Of a stretch of DNA of 64,000 nt, positions 1 to 10,340 are shown piece by piece. Positions within the stretch are counted from its first letter, which is position 1; every line of letters begins with the position of its first letter. Source of the stretch: a virus (Duplodnaviria > Caudoviricetes); the IMG/VR virus record IMGVR_UViG_3300017722_005389; one strand, 5' to 3'. Under the pieces are notes generated by a model that was given only the letters and a program-made list of their open reading frames with translations, had not been told where the DNA came from and ran no database searches. The position numbers and the translations under genes are program-made.

Positions 1-2
1 TT

Positions 3-332
3 CCTTATCTTGAACTTGAATTGATTGAAGATGGTTATGGAGATAGAAGTAATTTTTATGATAAACTTCAAAATGCACTTGTAACATTTTCAATGGAAAG
101 TGTTGAAGGTTGCGTAAGAAAAATAATTTGCAGACCTATGCAAGTTATTGAGGATGATTGTGGAAAGAATTGTGCTAATTGTCAAAAGAAATATAAGATC
201 GTTTATCCTTGGAGAGCCAGAGATACAAGTGGAAAGGGTAGGTTTCTTGGTATAGTTGAAATTGACTTCCTTGATGGGTGTGGTAAATTAATTGTACCAA
301 TACGAGAAAAATTATATGTAAATATTATATAA
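3..332 (+). CDS. 5'-truncated ORF, probable virion/baseplate-upper (BppU N-terminal-like) protein
   Basis: Frame is open from position 3 (PYLELELIEDG...). The C-terminal YPWRARDT..G.F.G.VEI.F.DG..LIVPIREKLYVNI resembles BppU-like small phage proteins (recalled, not searched). Confidence 0.4.
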   Translation, partial: PYLELELIEDGYGDRSNFYDKLQNALVTFSMESVEGCVRKIICRPMQVIEDDCGKNCANCQKKYKIVYPWRARDTSGKGRFLGIVEIDFLDGCGKLIVPIREKLYVNII

Positions 333-334
333 AA

Positions 335-1930
335 ATGAAATCCTTAATAGAAATTTATAACTTAGTTTTAGAATCAAAAAAAACTGAACAACAAGCACAA
401 GATATACTTCTAAAATCTAAATTTTCTGAAGAAGAAATTTTTAAAATAATAAATGAATTAAAAAAAATTGATACTTCAGAAAATCAAAAATACCTTCCAA
501 TGATGGCAACAGTTTTTTCTTGGGGGGAAAAAGGGTATAAAACAATTAAAGATATTTTTGATGATTATGATGAATTATTTTTAAATAATAATATTGGTAA
601 AATGTTTTCATCTAATATGAGAATTAAAATCTTAGAAAAAGATGGTAAAGAAAAGGAATTTAACGATTTTCTAAAATTTACTGAATATATTCACGGAATT
701 AGAGATAATGCTTATAAAAAGAAATATGGTTATTCTTATGAAGAATATAAATCTGAAGACACGCCTTTGTTTAGTTCAAATAATATAGATGTTTATGATG
801 CAACTGAAGTTGGAAAATGTATAAAATACACTCAAGGTAGATTAACAGGTAAAAAGTATAGTTTCTGTATTGGTCAACCAATGAATACAATGTATCAATC
901 TTATAGAGATAAAAAAGTATCTACATTTTATTTTATTGTTGATAGAAATAGATTCAAAACAAATTCAAATGGGTCTGTAAATCTTGATGACCCATTACAT
1001 ATTGTTGTATTGGATGTTACATCATACGGTATTGAATTAACAGATGCAAATAATACAACAGGAAAAGTGGCTGAATATGGTACAAATGTTGATGGATATG
1101 TTTCATATTTAAAATCAAAAGGAATCCCTGTAGATAGCCTTGTAAATAAACCAAAAACTCCTGAAGAAAAAGAAGAAGAAGAACTTCTTGGTAATACAAA
1201 TGATTCTTTAGAGTGGTTTATGCAATTACCTTATGAAATGAAATCAAAATATATAGGAAGGGGGCATAAGCTTACTGATGAACAATTTGATATTATTTTA
1301 TCTGATAAATATTTATTAAATCAATATTTAAATATAGGTAATACTTTATCTGATAGTCAATTTAAAATAATAGAAAATATTCCTTCTGCATTGAATAGTT
1401 ATATAAAAAGTAGAAAAATTGCTATTTCAAATGGAGAAAAAGTTTCTTTAGTTGAATTGGATTATTTGCCTTTAGAAACTATAGATGATATTAAATTAAT
1501 TGATTCTAATCATCCTTTTAGTGATTTTGGAAATAAAAAATTAAAAGAAATACCTGATTCTATTAGAAATTTAAGGAATTTAATAACTTTAAAATTTATA
1601 TCTAATGGTATTGAAGAAATACCTGATTGGATAGATGAGTTAAAATATTTATCATATATATATTTATCTAATAATAAAATACAGAACTTACCTGAATCAA
1701 TTACTAATTTAAAATATTTAACAGAATTAGATTTGTCAAATAATAATATTAGAGAATTACCTAATTCGTTCAAAAAATTAACCTCTTTAAAAAAATTAAT
1801 CCTTTTTGGAAATGAAATCCCTGAAGAAAAAATTATAATTTTAAAAGAATTATTACCAACGTGCGAAATAGTATATGAACAAAAAGATTTTAATCAATGG
1901 AAAAGAAAACAAAGAAGGAGGACAATTTAA
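335..1930 (+). CDS. Leucine-rich-repeat protein with uncharacterised phage N-terminal domain
   Basis: 531 aa ORF with four 23-aa LRRs (LxxIPxxIxxLxxLxxLxLxxNx) near the C terminus, followed by an LP.C.I cap. Confidence 0.85.
   Translation: MKSLIEIYNLVLESKKTEQQAQDILLKSKFSEEEIFKIINELKKIDTSENQKYLPMMATVFSWGEKGYKTIKDIFDDYDELFLNNNIGKMFSSNMRIKILEKDGKEKEFNDFLKFTEYIHGIRDNAYKKKYGYSYEEYKSEDTPLFSSNNIDVYDATEVGKCIKYTQGRLTGKKYSFCIGQPMNTMYQSYRDKKVSTFYFIVDRNRFKTNSNGSVNLDDPLHIVVLDVTSYGIELTDANNTTGKVAEYGTNVDGYVSYLKSKGIPVDSLVNKPKTPEEKEEEELLGNTNDSLEWFMQLPYEMKSKYIGRGHKLTDEQFDIILSDKYLLNQYLNIGNTLSDSQFKIIENIPSALNSYIKSRKIAISNGEKVSLVELDYLPLETIDDIKLIDSNHPFSDFGNKKLKEIPDSIRNLRNLITLKFISNGIEEIPDWIDELKYLSYIYLSNNKIQNLPESITNLKYLTELDLSNNNIRELPNSFKKLTSLKKLILFGNEIPEEKIIILKELLPTCEIVYEQKDFNQWKRKQRRRTI
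1541..1816 (+). repeat. Four tandem 69-nt/23-aa leucine-rich repeats
   Basis: LKEIPDSIRNLRNLITLKFISNG / IEEIPDWIDELKYLSYIYLSNNK / IQNLPESITNLKYLTELDLSNNN / IRELPNSFKKLTSLKKLILFGNE. Confidence 0.9.
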
Positions 1931-1948
1931 CGAGTTACCTTTTTCATT

Positions 1949-4900
1949 TTAAACAAATCTATATGGAGGGTTTTCGTTGTCTATTATGACTTGTTCTCCG
2001 ATGAACCTCATTAATTCTACCCCTGTAAACATTTTTTCATTAGGATTTAAATTTGATTCGTTTGCAAATTCTCTTATTTCTAAAGAATTATTATCGAATG
2101 CATACATTTTATCCGTGAAAACTTCTTGGTAATCGAAAGGTGAATTTGGAGAAAGGTTTGTCATTTCCCAGAATTCATATTCATCTTCAGTGATAAGCAT
2201 CAGTTCATTTATATCTTGTTGTTTATCCTCTTTGTTTTCTATAGGATATCCATGAACAAGTTGTAGTTCTTCATCAGTAAACCATGCACGTTCATTTGCA
2301 GGTCTTTTTAGATGTTTGTTTGGAGCAGGAATTTTATGTCTAATATCTGGATGGAATACAATCCAAACAAGTTCAAGTACTTTGTTAAATTTATTGATAT
2401 ACTTGTTAGCATTATATTTAACTTTTGCATCAAGCTTATCATTTGGAATATAATTACAGTAGAGTACATCTTTTTCAAGAATAATATCTATAACGGCTGT
2501 ATCTCCATCTCTTTTAGACTTTTTAATTCTACCTTTAAACTTGATAGCATCTGCTTCAAATAAAGAATCCAAATCTTTTTCTTTAGAAACTTTTGTTTTC
2601 TTAACAGTTCCATGTATATCTGAAAACTTTTCAAAAGTTGTATTGAAAACAAATGTCCCATCTTGAATACATTTCTCAATAACCTCTTTAATTTTCACTC
2701 TATCTTCATTAAGAAATTTTTCAAGTCTTTTGACTGCAACAGATGTTTTTGCAATATCACCTATTATAAAATATCCTAATGAATTTTTCAAAGTTTTTCT
2801 ATCTTGCGATTCATCTTCTTCATTATCATTTATGTAGTAAATCCAATCACCAATTTCCACTTGAAGATTATTTTTGATTGCAAGCTCCATATGTGCCTGT
2901 TTAGCGTATCTTCCTTCGGCAACACCTTTTTTGTAATCGTCAACTGTCTTTTTAACCTTACTCTTGCTTGCAATCTTTCTTGCAATCAAATCTCCATTAT
3001 ATATTTTTTTGATGTAGCCGTAATAAGAATCCAAGAATTTCACAGGTTTATTCAAAAACAAATCCAAAAGATTGTTTTCGTAAAAATCTACAATAAAACC
3101 GCTTTGTTTTTTATTGATAAGACCTCCACCGACATGAGAAATTTTGTATTTTCCTTTGGATTCTTTGAGATATGAAAAATTACCTTTTGCAAAGTTTATA
3201 CAAGATACAGCAAATTCATCGATAGCCACTCCAGTATAGCCAATCATAAATTTGTCATTGTATTCGGCTACAAATGCTTCAATACCCTTATATTCTTTAT
3301 CTTTATCTGTGAGCCAGGATTTACCTGTACCTACATAAGAATAATTCTCAATTCCTTTTGGAATTACAAAGTTTGCTCCATCTGTATGGAAGTAAACAAT
3401 TTTGAAATCTGCTTTTCCAAAATATTTGATCATATGTCTCATATTTTGTCGGCTTGCACAAGTGATATGCCATGCAGATTCAATATGACAGAATGGTGAA
3501 ACATTAGGGGCTCCAAGCATTCCATAAAAACTATTGATAAGAATTTTCAAAGGAAGCTGCTTTTTATCATAAAACTGCTTCATTTCACTATCAGTAGCCT
3601 TATTCTTCATATCTTTATAATGAAGTCTACTTCTTAGAGCGTATTCAAGAACTGCTTTATAAACATTGGTTATATCTATATCTGGAACTCGACAATGAGC
3701 TAAGAATGTCGCAGGATATTGAGATGAAAAGTCAATTTTAACAATATCTTCGTGATACCCTGAATCAACCATTCCTAATAATCCACCAGTGTACTTTTTA
3801 CTTTCTTCATAATCAGGGATTGCAATACAATTAAGATATGATAGATTAGATAAAATAAGTTTCCATACGGTAGCATTACCTATTACAGATATTTTTTCAT
3901 AAGATGTTGGCAACCATTTAGAAAGAGAAAATGTTGCTTGAGAATATAATTTATCTAACAAATATGGTTCATCCAAGTCATCTTCAAGATATCTTTTAAT
4001 GATATAGCTACCTGTTACAACTTTATATTTGTCAAAATCAATATTCTTATACTTAGTATAGATTTCTTTTATATCCTTTAGAAGTTCTACAGTTTTAAAT
4101 TTTAATTCTATAAAGTTTTTCCAAAGAACATTATCATTTCTTAAGAAATCTCCAAAACCTTCTGTAGAAACTATTCCATCATAATCTACAAGTGCGCTAT
4201 ACATTTTTTCAAATGAAAGCTTTAAAGATTTTTCATTTGCATCAAATGAAAAAATATTGGAGCATTTATCTAAATGAGGAATATCTAAATTTTCATTTGA
4301 GAATCTTAAATATAGATTTTTTATATTTCCGTAAAAATATCCTTTTTCACCCTCATGGATTCTATCGAAAGAAAACTTTGTTTCCTTTGACATACTTTTT
4401 ACTGATGAAAAGTATGTTCCATCTTCATTATTGAAGTAATAAGGATTTTTATCTGAACCAATTTTACCAATCTGGTCTCCATCGACATAAACACGATTTG
4501 CCTTTGCTAAATTGGCATGCTTAATATTATCTTTTAATTTTGCGTTTGGAAGAGATTTATCCTGTTCTGCAGCTCTTTTAACTGCAAACATTACATCACA
4601 AAAATTTCTTCCAAACATTTTAGTCTGGGTATATCTTTCAGTGCTATTTCCAACTTTTACAACAGAATTTTCAATTTTTTTATACATATGGTAATTGAAA
4701 ACCTTGCCATATCTCTCATAAGATGGAGCCATTAGCTCTCTTATGTATTGTAATGATGAATCTTTTATTTTTTCACCCTTCATATTAACTTCCTCAGAAA
4801 CACATCCAAGCAATTGCAATCTTTTTTCCATAAATGGAAAATCAAATCCTTCTCCATTGAAAGTTAAAACGAGGTCTGGATCATAATCCCCAATGATTCT

Positions 4901-6262
4901 ATAAGTTTCTGAAATAATATCGGCTTCTTCTTGTGGTGTTTCTGCCTCAAGAAGTTTTACAAATCCATCATTAGATTTTATACCAATCTGAAATACTTTG
5001 CCCAATTCAGGTTTCAATGCTGCAATTTCTATTTCTTCATTGCCTTTTTGAGCCTTAGTCTCGATATCAATCATCAAAACATTCAAATCTTCATATGTCT
5101 CAATCCCTTTAAACAATCTCCTCCCAGTTTGAATCATGTATTGTTCAAGAGGATTCAAAGTATAAATTTGTGATGGAATTGAATATGTAAAATCATAACC
5201 TAAAGAAACAATATAATCCTCTAAAGGTCGTTTATCCATATTGTCATCAAAAGTATAACAATCGACAACATATAAATTCAATCTATTTTCATCCAAAGAA
5301 ATTTTAAAAATTTCTTTTAAATCTAAACTACTATCGATAAGAGTATCATAAACTGCTTTGAAATCTTTTTCTATGAGTTCGTTTATAAATGTCTTATTAA
5401 TCTTATAGCTTATGCCAGGATACAGCTTTTTATAGAACTTGATTATTTCATCGAAGTTTACTGAATCTTTTGTAAATGGATTAAAATATTCTCTAAATCT
5501 ATAGAGTGAAATGTAAAAATATATTGCAGAGCTTAAATCTTGACTAATATAGTTGAAAAAATTTGTGAATTTTGTTTCATCTAAATAAACTGTCCCTCTT
5601 GCAGAAAGCCCTGCTTCTTTAAAGAAATCTACAAGATTATTGTAGCAACCTGTAATTTTCTTTTGGAAGAATGGGTTATCACTAAATTTTGTTTCGGTCT
5701 TTTTTGATTTAATTGAAATTTTATATTTGAACCCCTTTTCAATTCTATCTATTTTTTTATCATCAAAAGAAGTTATCAGTTCTTCAATTTCAATTCCGTA
5801 TTCTCTTTGTTTGAGATTTACTATTCTTTTCCAATCTTCAATATCTTCAACTTTATATCTTACAACTATAGAATCATCACTGTTTCTTTTGATAATTTTT
5901 GTGGTATCATCAAAAGCCTTTGGAATTCCATTTGGAAGTATAACATGTGAATCACTATACTTGTTATTTGGAACTCTTATAACATTATATCGGAAAAAAT
6001 TTGATGTTTTGAATTGCTTACTCCAAAGAAATGGCTTCAATCCATCTTTGTGTGTAATTCTTGGATTGTCTTTTTGGAATGCTTTACAAAAAATTATATC
6101 TACATCATTATTACCCCTTGAGACTTCAATTGTTCTTATTCCTTGAAGCTCTGAACCAAAAACATCTTTTTCATAAGAACCATTTAGAAAGTCTACAATA
6201 ACCTTTTCAGTTGTTTCTGGTTTTGTTCTGGATTTTTTCGGTTTGAAGATGTTAAACTGCAT
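1949..6262 (-). CDS. Family B DNA polymerase with 3'-5' exonuclease
   Basis: ExoI DIET, ExoII FNGEGFDFPF, ExoIII YLEDD; motif A DFSSQYP, motif B KILINSFYG, motif C YFHTDG; 1437 aa. Confidence 0.93.
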   Translation of the reverse strand: MQFNIFKPKKSRTKPETTEKVIVDFLNGSYEKDVFGSELQGIRTIEVSRGNNDVDIIFCKAFQKDNPRITHKDGLKPFLWSKQFKTSNFFRYNVIRVPNNKYSDSHVILPNGIPKAFDDTTKIIKRNSDDSIVVRYKVEDIEDWKRIVNLKQREYGIEIEELITSFDDKKIDRIEKGFKYKISIKSKKTETKFSDNPFFQKKITGCYNNLVDFFKEAGLSARGTVYLDETKFTNFFNYISQDLSSAIYFYISLYRFREYFNPFTKDSVNFDEIIKFYKKLYPGISYKINKTFINELIEKDFKAVYDTLIDSSLDLKEIFKISLDENRLNLYVVDCYTFDDNMDKRPLEDYIVSLGYDFTYSIPSQIYTLNPLEQYMIQTGRRLFKGIETYEDLNVLMIDIETKAQKGNEEIEIAALKPELGKVFQIGIKSNDGFVKLLEAETPQEEADIISETYRIIGDYDPDLVLTFNGEGFDFPFMEKRLQLLGCVSEEVNMKGEKIKDSSLQYIRELMAPSYERYGKVFNYHMYKKIENSVVKVGNSTERYTQTKMFGRNFCDVMFAVKRAAEQDKSLPNAKLKDNIKHANLAKANRVYVDGDQIGKIGSDKNPYYFNNEDGTYFSSVKSMSKETKFSFDRIHEGEKGYFYGNIKNLYLRFSNENLDIPHLDKCSNIFSFDANEKSLKLSFEKMYSALVDYDGIVSTEGFGDFLRNDNVLWKNFIELKFKTVELLKDIKEIYTKYKNIDFDKYKVVTGSYIIKRYLEDDLDEPYLLDKLYSQATFSLSKWLPTSYEKISVIGNATVWKLILSNLSYLNCIAIPDYEESKKYTGGLLGMVDSGYHEDIVKIDFSSQYPATFLAHCRVPDIDITNVYKAVLEYALRSRLHYKDMKNKATDSEMKQFYDKKQLPLKILINSFYGMLGAPNVSPFCHIESAWHITCASRQNMRHMIKYFGKADFKIVYFHTDGANFVIPKGIENYSYVGTGKSWLTDKDKEYKGIEAFVAEYNDKFMIGYTGVAIDEFAVSCINFAKGNFSYLKESKGKYKISHVGGGLINKKQSGFIVDFYENNLLDLFLNKPVKFLDSYYGYIKKIYNGDLIARKIASKSKVKKTVDDYKKGVAEGRYAKQAHMELAIKNNLQVEIGDWIYYINDNEEDESQDRKTLKNSLGYFIIGDIAKTSVAVKRLEKFLNEDRVKIKEVIEKCIQDGTFVFNTTFEKFSDIHGTVKKTKVSKEKDLDSLFEADAIKFKGRIKKSKRDGDTAVIDIILEKDVLYCNYIPNDKLDAKVKYNANKYINKFNKVLELVWIVFHPDIRHKIPAPNKHLKRPANERAWFTDEELQLVHGYPIENKEDKQQDINELMLITEDEYEFWEMTNLSPNSPFDYQEVFTDKMYAFDNNSLEIREFANESNLNPNEKMFTGVELMRFIGEQVIIDNENPPYRFV

Positions 6263-6303
6263 AAGTTGAAAGATGGTGATTAAGTTGATAAATGAATATA
6301 AAG

Positions 6304-6350
6304 AAAAAACCTCAAAAGGAGTTTAAAAGTTCACTTTTGAGGTTTTTTTT
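6304..6350. terminator. Intrinsic terminator, probably bidirectional
   Basis: AAAAAACCTCAAAAG-15 nt-CTTTTGAGGTTTTTT, a 15-bp inverted repeat with A/T tails, just downstream of the gp13-like gene. Confidence 0.75.
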
Positions 6351-7545
6351 ATATTACAAAAAATCCGTTGGGGTTTTTGCTTAATAGCTTTTGAAGATTT
6401 TCAGCTTCAGCAGCTCGTTTTTCCATTATTTTTTCTCTTGTCATTTCATCAAGATATGCTTTCAAACTTTCATTTAACTTATCCTTTTCTTCTTTAGCCT
6501 CAGAAAGTAATGAATCATAATCCATTTCTCCATCAGCTTCAGGAAAGGGTAATTTTCCTTTAAATTTACCTCTACCTCTACCTAAAGCTTCTTTTGCATA
6601 AGCTGTTAGAAATTTTCTAACCCAAATTTTGCTTGGCGTGTTCAAATCACAATAGTCTGTCATTGTCATAGGAACATCTGATGGATACTTTATAATATCA
6701 GCACATTCTTCAAGACATTTATTTTTTTCTTCGGCATTCATTTCTGTTGTATCGTAGTAATGATACCAAACTTTCATGCCATAAAGATCCTTTCTAATAC
6801 CAATCAAGTCTTTTTTCTCTGGAACCGAATATAAATGGATTAATTTTGTTCCATTTGCGCCAGCTGTAATTTTATATGTCAAATCTGATTTAAGGATCCT
6901 GTTCTTAAGACCAAAATCTGCTGCTCTAGCAACTATGTCGTATGCAGGTGAAATATAATATGCTCCGTTAAGCATATTGTAACCTGAACCACCCCAACCA
7001 ACTGCACCTGTGATACCGACACCATTCAAAGTTGTGCCATATCCTAAAGATGCAAAAGTTGCATGGGTAATATCTGAAGGTGTAAGCCACATTACTTGAT
7101 TTACCTCTCTGCCTGCTTCTATTTCATAAACCATTTTACCTTCTTCAAGATAAAAAAAGTCTTTTTTCAATTCATATTTTCCTCTACTTTGAAGCCCAAC
7201 TTGTTTTGAATATGCGTGAGTAAATTGAAGTTCATAATCAAAACTTCTTTGGGTTAATGCAAAGCAAATATCATTCTCAGTTAATGATTTTCCATTCAAA
7301 GAACTCCATTGATTTTGAATGAGCCACATTTGAATTTGAGATACATATTCTTCTACTGAAAATTTTAACAAAGAACACCATGCAGCAGATGTAATTTCGA
7401 TCTTTACTATACCTGCACTCAAAAGATTTTTTATATCTTCGATTAAACATGCCTTTTGCTCATTTGAGAGGCAATCTTGCATGTTATAGTTTTGATGAAA
7501 TTCTGATGGAGTTTTTTTGTGATTTGCATTAATAAATGAATCCAT
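6349..7545 (-). CDS. Neck/head-completion protein (T4 gp13-like)
   Basis: C-terminal WVRKFLTAYAKEALGRGRGKF.G.LPFP..DG.MDYDSLLSEAKEEK is typical of gp13-like adaptors; gp14- and gp15-like genes are nearby. Confidence 0.65.
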   Translation of the reverse strand: MDSFINANHKKTPSEFHQNYNMQDCLSNEQKACLIEDIKNLLSAGIVKIEITSAAWCSLLKFSVEEYVSQIQMWLIQNQWSSLNGKSLTENDICFALTQRSFDYELQFTHAYSKQVGLQSRGKYELKKDFFYLEEGKMVYEIEAGREVNQVMWLTPSDITHATFASLGYGTTLNGVGITGAVGWGGSGYNMLNGAYYISPAYDIVARAADFGLKNRILKSDLTYKITAGANGTKLIHLYSVPEKKDLIGIRKDLYGMKVWYHYYDTTEMNAEEKNKCLEECADIIKYPSDVPMTMTDYCDLNTPSKIWVRKFLTAYAKEALGRGRGKFKGKLPFPEADGEMDYDSLLSEAKEEKDKLNESLKAYLDEMTREKIMEKRAAEAENLQKLLSKNPNGFFVI

Positions 7546-7559
7546 AGCACCTTTTTATC

Positions 7560-7566
7560 ATAAATA
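7560..7566 (-). promoter_or_regulatory. TATTTAT upstream motif
   Basis: 14 nt before the gp13-like ATG; recurrent motif. Confidence 0.5.
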
Positions 7567-7582
7567 GTTATAACAAAAATTT

Positions 7583-7975
7583 TTATTCATTTGGAGCAAT
7601 TTCACCATCAAAATCTTCAGAATCATCAGAACCTCCTAAATCTATATCATCTGGTTCCAATATTTTCCAAAAAGGGAATGGAAATATAAAAACTGACTCT
7701 GAGTCATCTTGTTTTACAGCAATCCATTGGATCTTTTTGTGACCTTCCTGGATGAGATGTTTTATTTTATCGATATATACATTAGGATTTGGTAAAATAT
7801 CTTTAGGAATATCGTAAAAATTTTTGAACATTAGTATTATATCCCCTGTGATTCCACTGTGAATCTCGATAACCCTTTTTCCTATTGAATAATTATGGTA
7901 ATATTCCAATTCTTCAATATACTCTACCAATTCTGGCGATAAATCGTAAAGTTTTCCTTTAATTTCTTTTTTCAT
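7583..7975 (-). CDS. Hypothetical protein (130 aa, acidic tail)
   Basis: Clean ORF overlapping the helicase stop codon by 1 nt. Confidence 0.7.
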   Translation of the reverse strand: MKKEIKGKLYDLSPELVEYIEELEYYHNYSIGKRVIEIHSGITGDIILMFKNFYDIPKDILPNPNVYIDKIKHLIQEGHKKIQWIAVKQDDSESVFIFPFPFWKILEPDDIDLGGSDDSEDFDGEIAPNE

Positions 7976-9777
7976 TATTCATTTATTTTTAAATTATGTT
8001 CTCCGTAAAAAATATTTCTGTTCAGTTGTTTGGTATTTGATACTGCATACACATCTTCTTCAAGAGTACTATCAAATAAACAATAAAAAACTTCAACATC
8101 ACCTACTCTTCCAATTCTCCAGGTTCTTCCTTCGGCTTGTTCATGTTCATCAGAACTCCAAGATGGCGAATTGAAGTAAATTATATCTGCTTTTGTAATA
8201 TTTAAACCTGTTCCGATAGATTTTATGTTCCCTATAAGTGCAAATTTATTTGGATTATTCATAAATTCATCGATTGTTGCCTGTCTTCTTTTTCCATCCA
8301 TACCTGAATCAACGCACACTGCATATTTACTTAATTTTTTCTTAAGTCTTTCATATTCTTCAACAAAATTAGTGAAAATTATGCAAGTTTTACCATCTTC
8401 TATAGAAGAAAGAACTGATTTTATTGTATGTTCAACCTTCTGAATTGCATAAAATTGTCTTAAAAGTATTGTTTCGGTTAAGTCTTTAACCTCCATTGCG
8501 CTCCTATTACCCTTTTTAGCAATATATTTATCATACAATTCAGAGGCTTCTTTTTTCTGACTCAGAGTTAATTCAAAATAAAGCTCGTTTATAAATTTAT
8601 CAGGGAATCCCTCAACCATTTTTTCAGTTCTTCTTCTTCTTTGAATGTGTCTGATTCTTTGGGACAGTTCATAAGTATTTGTATTTCCAGTTCTTCTTAA
8701 GAAAGGTTTAGTTCCTGCTTTGCCATTTTGTAAAAATGCTCCACAATATCTTTTTACATATTCTTCAAATTTTGCAGAAACCATTGAAAAATGATAATCC
8801 TTTTTACAATATATAATATCGCTAATGCTAATATTTAAATTTCTACAGATGTCATAAAATTCTTCATTTTTTTCTATAGCTGTAGCAGACATAGCCCATA
8901 CATATTTTACATTTGAATGTAAAGTTAAATCTTGAAGTACAATACTTTTTTTAGCTTTAGGATTTCTAAATTTTTGAACTTCGTCTACTATTATACAATC
9001 ATATCCTTCAGCATATAAAGGTCTATAAAGTGTTTCTTTTTTAACTCCTTTTTTAGATTCTTCATGATAAGCTGTTAACACATCACATCCAATGATTGTA
9101 TATCTTGCATCATCATCAATCCAATTGGATTCACCCCAAATTATTTTGCAATCTTGTCCCCAATGTTTTAATTCTTTTTTCCAGTCAAGTTGTTTACCTG
9201 CAATACAGACTATAAGAACTTTATTACACTTTCCTTCGATTGTTGCAGCTATTGAAGAATAAGTTTTGCCTGCTCCAACTGTATCCATCAGAAAGCATTT
9301 TTCGTTATGCAAAAGAAATTTTACAGCATTCTCTTGATGTTCGTATAAATTTCCTTTGGAAAATTTTGAATTAAGTTCTTCAAAATTTACAGAATGTCTT
9401 GAATAATTTTTTTCATATAAATCTCCGACCTCTTCTCTATGTAACCAAAAATATACAGGGTTTGATCCAATCTTTTTAAAAGAAACATGGTACCATTCAT
9501 CAGTTTCTCCTATAACTGCATTGATAGTTACATTTTTTATAGGTCTATTTAAATTAAAATCTTGTTGAATTCTTTTTTCAGTTTTTTCACCGACTTCTAA
9601 AGTAAGTTCTTTAAATCCGAAAGGTGAAAATTTAAAGTTCTTTAGAAGGTATTCATTTTCAAATTCAGATAATTCATAATTGAAATCATTACGATATTTT
9701 TTCTCAAGTTGAATTATAAAGGGGTTATTGCCTGAATATTGAAGTAATTCTTTTAATTGAAAGTTAGGATATTCCAT
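7975..9777 (-). CDS. SNF2/HARP-like SF2 helicase
   Basis: Walker A DTVGAGKT, Walker B IIVDEVQ, GTGLNIT and QAEGRTWRIG. Start moved to ATG 9777 (MEYPNF) because the track's upstream 80 codons overlap the divergent gene. Confidence 0.88.
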   Translation of the reverse strand: MEYPNFQLKELLQYSGNNPFIIQLEKKYRNDFNYELSEFENEYLLKNFKFSPFGFKELTLEVGEKTEKRIQQDFNLNRPIKNVTINAVIGETDEWYHVSFKKIGSNPVYFWLHREEVGDLYEKNYSRHSVNFEELNSKFSKGNLYEHQENAVKFLLHNEKCFLMDTVGAGKTYSSIAATIEGKCNKVLIVCIAGKQLDWKKELKHWGQDCKIIWGESNWIDDDARYTIIGCDVLTAYHEESKKGVKKETLYRPLYAEGYDCIIVDEVQKFRNPKAKKSIVLQDLTLHSNVKYVWAMSATAIEKNEEFYDICRNLNISISDIIYCKKDYHFSMVSAKFEEYVKRYCGAFLQNGKAGTKPFLRRTGNTNTYELSQRIRHIQRRRRTEKMVEGFPDKFINELYFELTLSQKKEASELYDKYIAKKGNRSAMEVKDLTETILLRQFYAIQKVEHTIKSVLSSIEDGKTCIIFTNFVEEYERLKKKLSKYAVCVDSGMDGKRRQATIDEFMNNPNKFALIGNIKSIGTGLNITKADIIYFNSPSWSSDEHEQAEGRTWRIGRVGDVEVFYCLFDSTLEEDVYAVSNTKQLNRNIFYGEHNLKINE

Positions 9778-9784
9778 TATATAG

Positions 9785-9813
9785 TATTTATAAGAAAACA
9801 GTATTAATAAATA
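9785..9813. promoter_or_regulatory. Divergent pair of TATTTAT motifs
   Basis: Plus-strand copy at 9785-9791 faces the gene at 9825; minus-strand copy at 9807-9813 faces the helicase ATG at 9777. Confidence 0.5.
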
Positions 9814-9824
9814 ATAAGTTCCAT

Positions 9825-10340
9825 ATGAATATATCTCCATTAAACCATAATAACAAATTTTTTTCAGAAGAAGAATATAGGTACTATGTTGATTCTTCAA
9901 GAGAACATATGGCTTCTTTAAATACAAAGATAATATTTTATAAAGTAAATAAAGAAAAATCACAAATAGACGATTTGTATGGAGAAGCTTATAAGGAAGA
10001 AATTCAATTGAATTCACCTATTGAAATACCTGCAATAGTTAAACTAGAAGTTTCTGAAAATAAAGCCTATGCTTCGGATAAGTCAATGCTTCGATATGAA
10101 GAATATGGTAATTTGACAGCAAGTCTATTAATTTCAGATTTAGAATTGTATAACGCAAATATAACATACGGTGATTATATTGGATATAGGGTTAGTGAAA
10201 CTTTAGTCTTGTTTTTTGAAGTTTCAAATGATCAACAAAAATTTTATCAAAATAAAAATACTTTTTTAGGATATAAAAGTTTTTGGAAAACTATAACATG
10301 TACACCAATAAATAAAGGAGAGGGCTTTTTTGAATTATGA
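9825..10340 (+). CDS. Neck protein (T4 gp14-like)
   Basis: IIFYKV...DDLYGEA...P.EIPAIV...GDYIGY pattern; lies before gp15-like and sheath genes. Confidence 0.6.
   Translation: MNISPLNHNNKFFSEEEYRYYVDSSREHMASLNTKIIFYKVNKEKSQIDDLYGEAYKEEIQLNSPIEIPAIVKLEVSENKAYASDKSMLRYEEYGNLTASLLISDLELYNANITYGDYIGYRVSETLVLFFEVSNDQQKFYQNKNTFLGYKSFWKTITCTPINKGEGFFEL

Noticed and set aside
2470-4400. Polymerase insertions as possible inteins
   Set aside because: No Cys/Ser/Ala start with His-Asn end, and no LAGLIDADG motifs.
9778-10017. Extended N termini in the track (helicase 10017, nrdB 39424, gp25-like 42988, primase-helicase 48953, 51477, 16821)
   Set aside because: The extensions overlap neighbouring genes or promoter motifs and translate as low-complexity sequence; the downstream ATGs fit better.
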